DNA from: Candidatus Eiseniibacteriota bacterium
GTDB taxonomy: Bacteria; Eisenbacteria; RBG-16-71-46
DNA length: 64,000 nucleotides
Assembly: GCA_016710095.1 (NCBI GenBank)
Contig: JADJLL010000005.1
Location: forward strand, 1,573-65,572
Direction: 5' to 3'
This document shows positions 62,513-64,000 of the stretch, piece by piece. Both the position numbers and the translations under genes were made by a program. Under the pieces are notes generated by a model that was not told the origin of the DNA, did no database searches, and was given only the letters and a program-made list of their open reading frames with translations. Position 1 is the first letter of the stretch; the number at the start of each line of letters is the position of its first letter.

Positions 62513-64000
62513 GTGGGCTGGACGGACGTCCGCGCGATTCGCGTCCGCATTCCCGTGATTCTCCTCGCAGGCGGCGTGCTGCTCACCGCCGTCTCCTTCT
62601 TCATCGCGTCCGCGCGGCACACGCACGGGACGATCGCGGCGGCGCAGGATCGCGCCGAACGCCTCGTGACGCGCACGGCGATGATCCTCCGCCGGCCCGC
62701 CGAGGACCCCGCCGGCGTGCTTCGCTACTCGGGCGATCGCGTGCACGAAGGCCTGTTCCGCCTCGACTGCCTCGCGCTCGTGGACGAGCACGGCGTCGTC
62801 ACCACCGCCGTGGACGGCATGCGGCCCGGCGAATCCCTCGACGCGCACCTGCCACCGGAGTTCGTGCGCGCCGTGCTCGCGGTGGACGACACCACGCCGG
62901 TGAGTCCCTCCCTGCCGCGGCCGAGGGTCGCGGCGGTCACGCGGATCGCGAGCGGGCCGCGCGCGGGACAGCGCCTCGTGCTCGTGCTCGACGCCACGGA
63001 CCGGCTCGCCGAGGCGCAGTGGGAAGCCGCCGAAGAGGCGCTGCCTCCCCTCGCGGTGGGACTGCTGTTCGTCGCCGCGATGGCGCTGCTGCTCGACCGC
63101 TGGCTGCGCGCGCCGGCCGAGCGGCTCGAGCGCACGGCGAACGCGATCGCCGCGGGCGACGCGAGCGCACGATCGGGATTGCGGGGCGAGAGCGAACTCG
63201 ATCGCGTGGGCGCGGCGCTGGACCGCATGGCCGACGAGATCCAGCGGGCGCACCGCGAACTCGAAGCCTCGCGCTCGCGGCTCGAGACCGCGCTGCAGGC
63301 GCTGCCCGCGGCCGTGTTCATCACGGACCGCGCGACCGGCAACGTGCTGTTCGTGAGCGCGCGCTGGGGCGAGACGTCGCTGAACCGCATGTACGTGGGC
63401 GAACCCATCCGCGACCATCTCGCGGGCGAGCAGTTCTTCCGCATGGACGGTTCGCCGCTTCCGCTCGAGGAGCTGGCGACCTCGGTGGCGTTGCGCACGG
63501 GCCGGCCGGCTTCGCTGCCCGAGTTCATCGCCGTGCATCGCAACGGCGTGACCGCGACGCACTCGGCGTACGCAACGCCGATCTTCCTGCAGGGCGGCGA
63601 GGAGTTCGACGCCGTGCTCACGATCGTGCAGGGGCGCGACGAGATCATGGCGCTCACGGGAGAGATTCGCGCCTGGGAATCGCGCTTCCAGAAGGTCGTC
63701 GAAGCCACCGGACAGGTCGTGTACGAGTGGGATTTCATGACCGGAATCGTGAGGCGGACCGGCAACCAGCAACTCGTGCTCGGCTTCAGCGCCGAGGACG
63801 AGCGCACGCTCGACGCGCTCGACCACTGGAAGGCGCGCGTGCACCCCGACGATCGCGACCGCGTCATCGCCGAGTTCGAGCGCTGCGGCGCGGAATCGGC
63901 CCCGCTCGACGTCGAGTACCGCTACCGCCGCAACGAGCGCGAGTGGATCTGGATCCACGACCGCGGCTTCTTCGAGCGCGACGCCGAAGGCCGGACCGTG
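62513..64000 (+). CDS. membrane sensor protein, TM-sensor-TM-HAMP followed by PAS domains (3'-partial, runs off the window)
   Basis: Not in the supplied track (no stop before the window end). My own translation from GTG 62513 gives VGWTDVRAIRVRIPVILLAGGVLLTAVSFFIA..., a second TM LPPLAVGLLFVAAMALLL, a HAMP-like region (LERTANAIAAGDASAR...ELDRVGAALDRMADEI) and PAS-like blocks (...VVEATGQVVYEWDF...WKARVHPDDRDRV...YRYRRNEREWIWIHDRG). Confidence 0.75.
   Translation, partial: MGWTDVRAIRVRIPVILLAGGVLLTAVSFFIASARHTHGTIAAAQDRAERLVTRTAMILRRPAEDPAGVLRYSGDRVHEGLFRLDCLALVDEHGVVTTAVDGMRPGESLDAHLPPEFVRAVLAVDDTTPVSPSLPRPRVAAVTRIASGPRAGQRLVLVLDATDRLAEAQWEAAEEALPPLAVGLLFVAAMALLLDRWLRAPAERLERTANAIAAGDASARSGLRGESELDRVGAALDRMADEIQRAHRELEASRSRLETALQALPAAVFITDRATGNVLFVSARWGETSLNRMYVGEPIRDHLAGEQFFRMDGSPLPLEELATSVALRTGRPASLPEFIAVHRNGVTATHSAYATPIFLQGGEEFDAVLTIVQGRDEIMALTGEIRAWESRFQKVVEATGQVVYEWDFMTGIVRRTGNQQLVLGFSAEDERTLDALDHWKARVHPDDRDRVIAEFERCGAESAPLDVEYRYRRNEREWIWIHDRGFFERDAEGRTV

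Noticed and set aside
1-64000. CRISPR arrays, tRNA/rRNA genes, IS elements, integrases, prophage or plasmid genes.
   Set aside because: I saw no regularly spaced direct repeats, no tRNA T-loop/acceptor patterns outside coding regions, no transposase/integrase-like products in any frame, and no flanking inverted or direct repeats marking an island. Absence is based on reading by eye, not on tRNAscan/Infernal/ISfinder.

Overview
This is a very GC-rich bacterial chromosomal segment. GC was not computed, but third codon positions are almost all G/C, so every real gene is shadowed by long Arg/Ala/Pro-rich out-of-frame and antisense ORFs in the track. I can support about 47 protein-coding genes. 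I recognised no rRNA, tRNA, CRISPR array, transposase or integrase.

Housekeeping anchors:
- B12-dependent class II ribonucleotide reductase (nrdJ)
- mfd
- ftsE-ftsX with an EnvC-like M23 activator
- holB
- two SurA/PrsA-type PPIases
- an ADP-forming acetyl-CoA synthetase
- a Ca2+/H+ exchanger

More interesting blocks:
- rtcB-rtcA RNA-repair genes with the divergent sigma-54 activator rtcR
- a MoxR-DUF58-vWA (Bat-like) operon with an amino-acid permease wedged inside it
- a run of exported proteins: a GT-C/TPR protein, a LamG protein, an S8 protease, a BNR protein, an EEP nuclease/phosphatase and a multi-blade repeat protein. Three of them end in the same FlgD-Ig/T9SS-like C-terminal domain.
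- an orphan Dam-type DNA methyltransferase
- a PDZ-LytS kinase / LytTR regulator pair
- a compact unit of sigma-54 promoter, tiny PEP-CTERM protein and terminator

The most pervasive unexplained signal is about a dozen +/-1 nt reading-frame breaks. They are mostly in G/C runs, are unevenly distributed, and in each case the conserved protein sequence continues in another frame. I cannot tell assembly indels from true pseudogenisation using sequence alone.

I found no convincing complete novel multi-gene system. The sigma-54/PEP-CTERM unit, the new repeat family and the shared C-terminal sorting domain are the best leads. The lineage guess is inference only: a high-GC, sigma-54-using, diderm-type environmental bacterium, with a Gemmatimonadota/Eisenbacteria-like secretome style.
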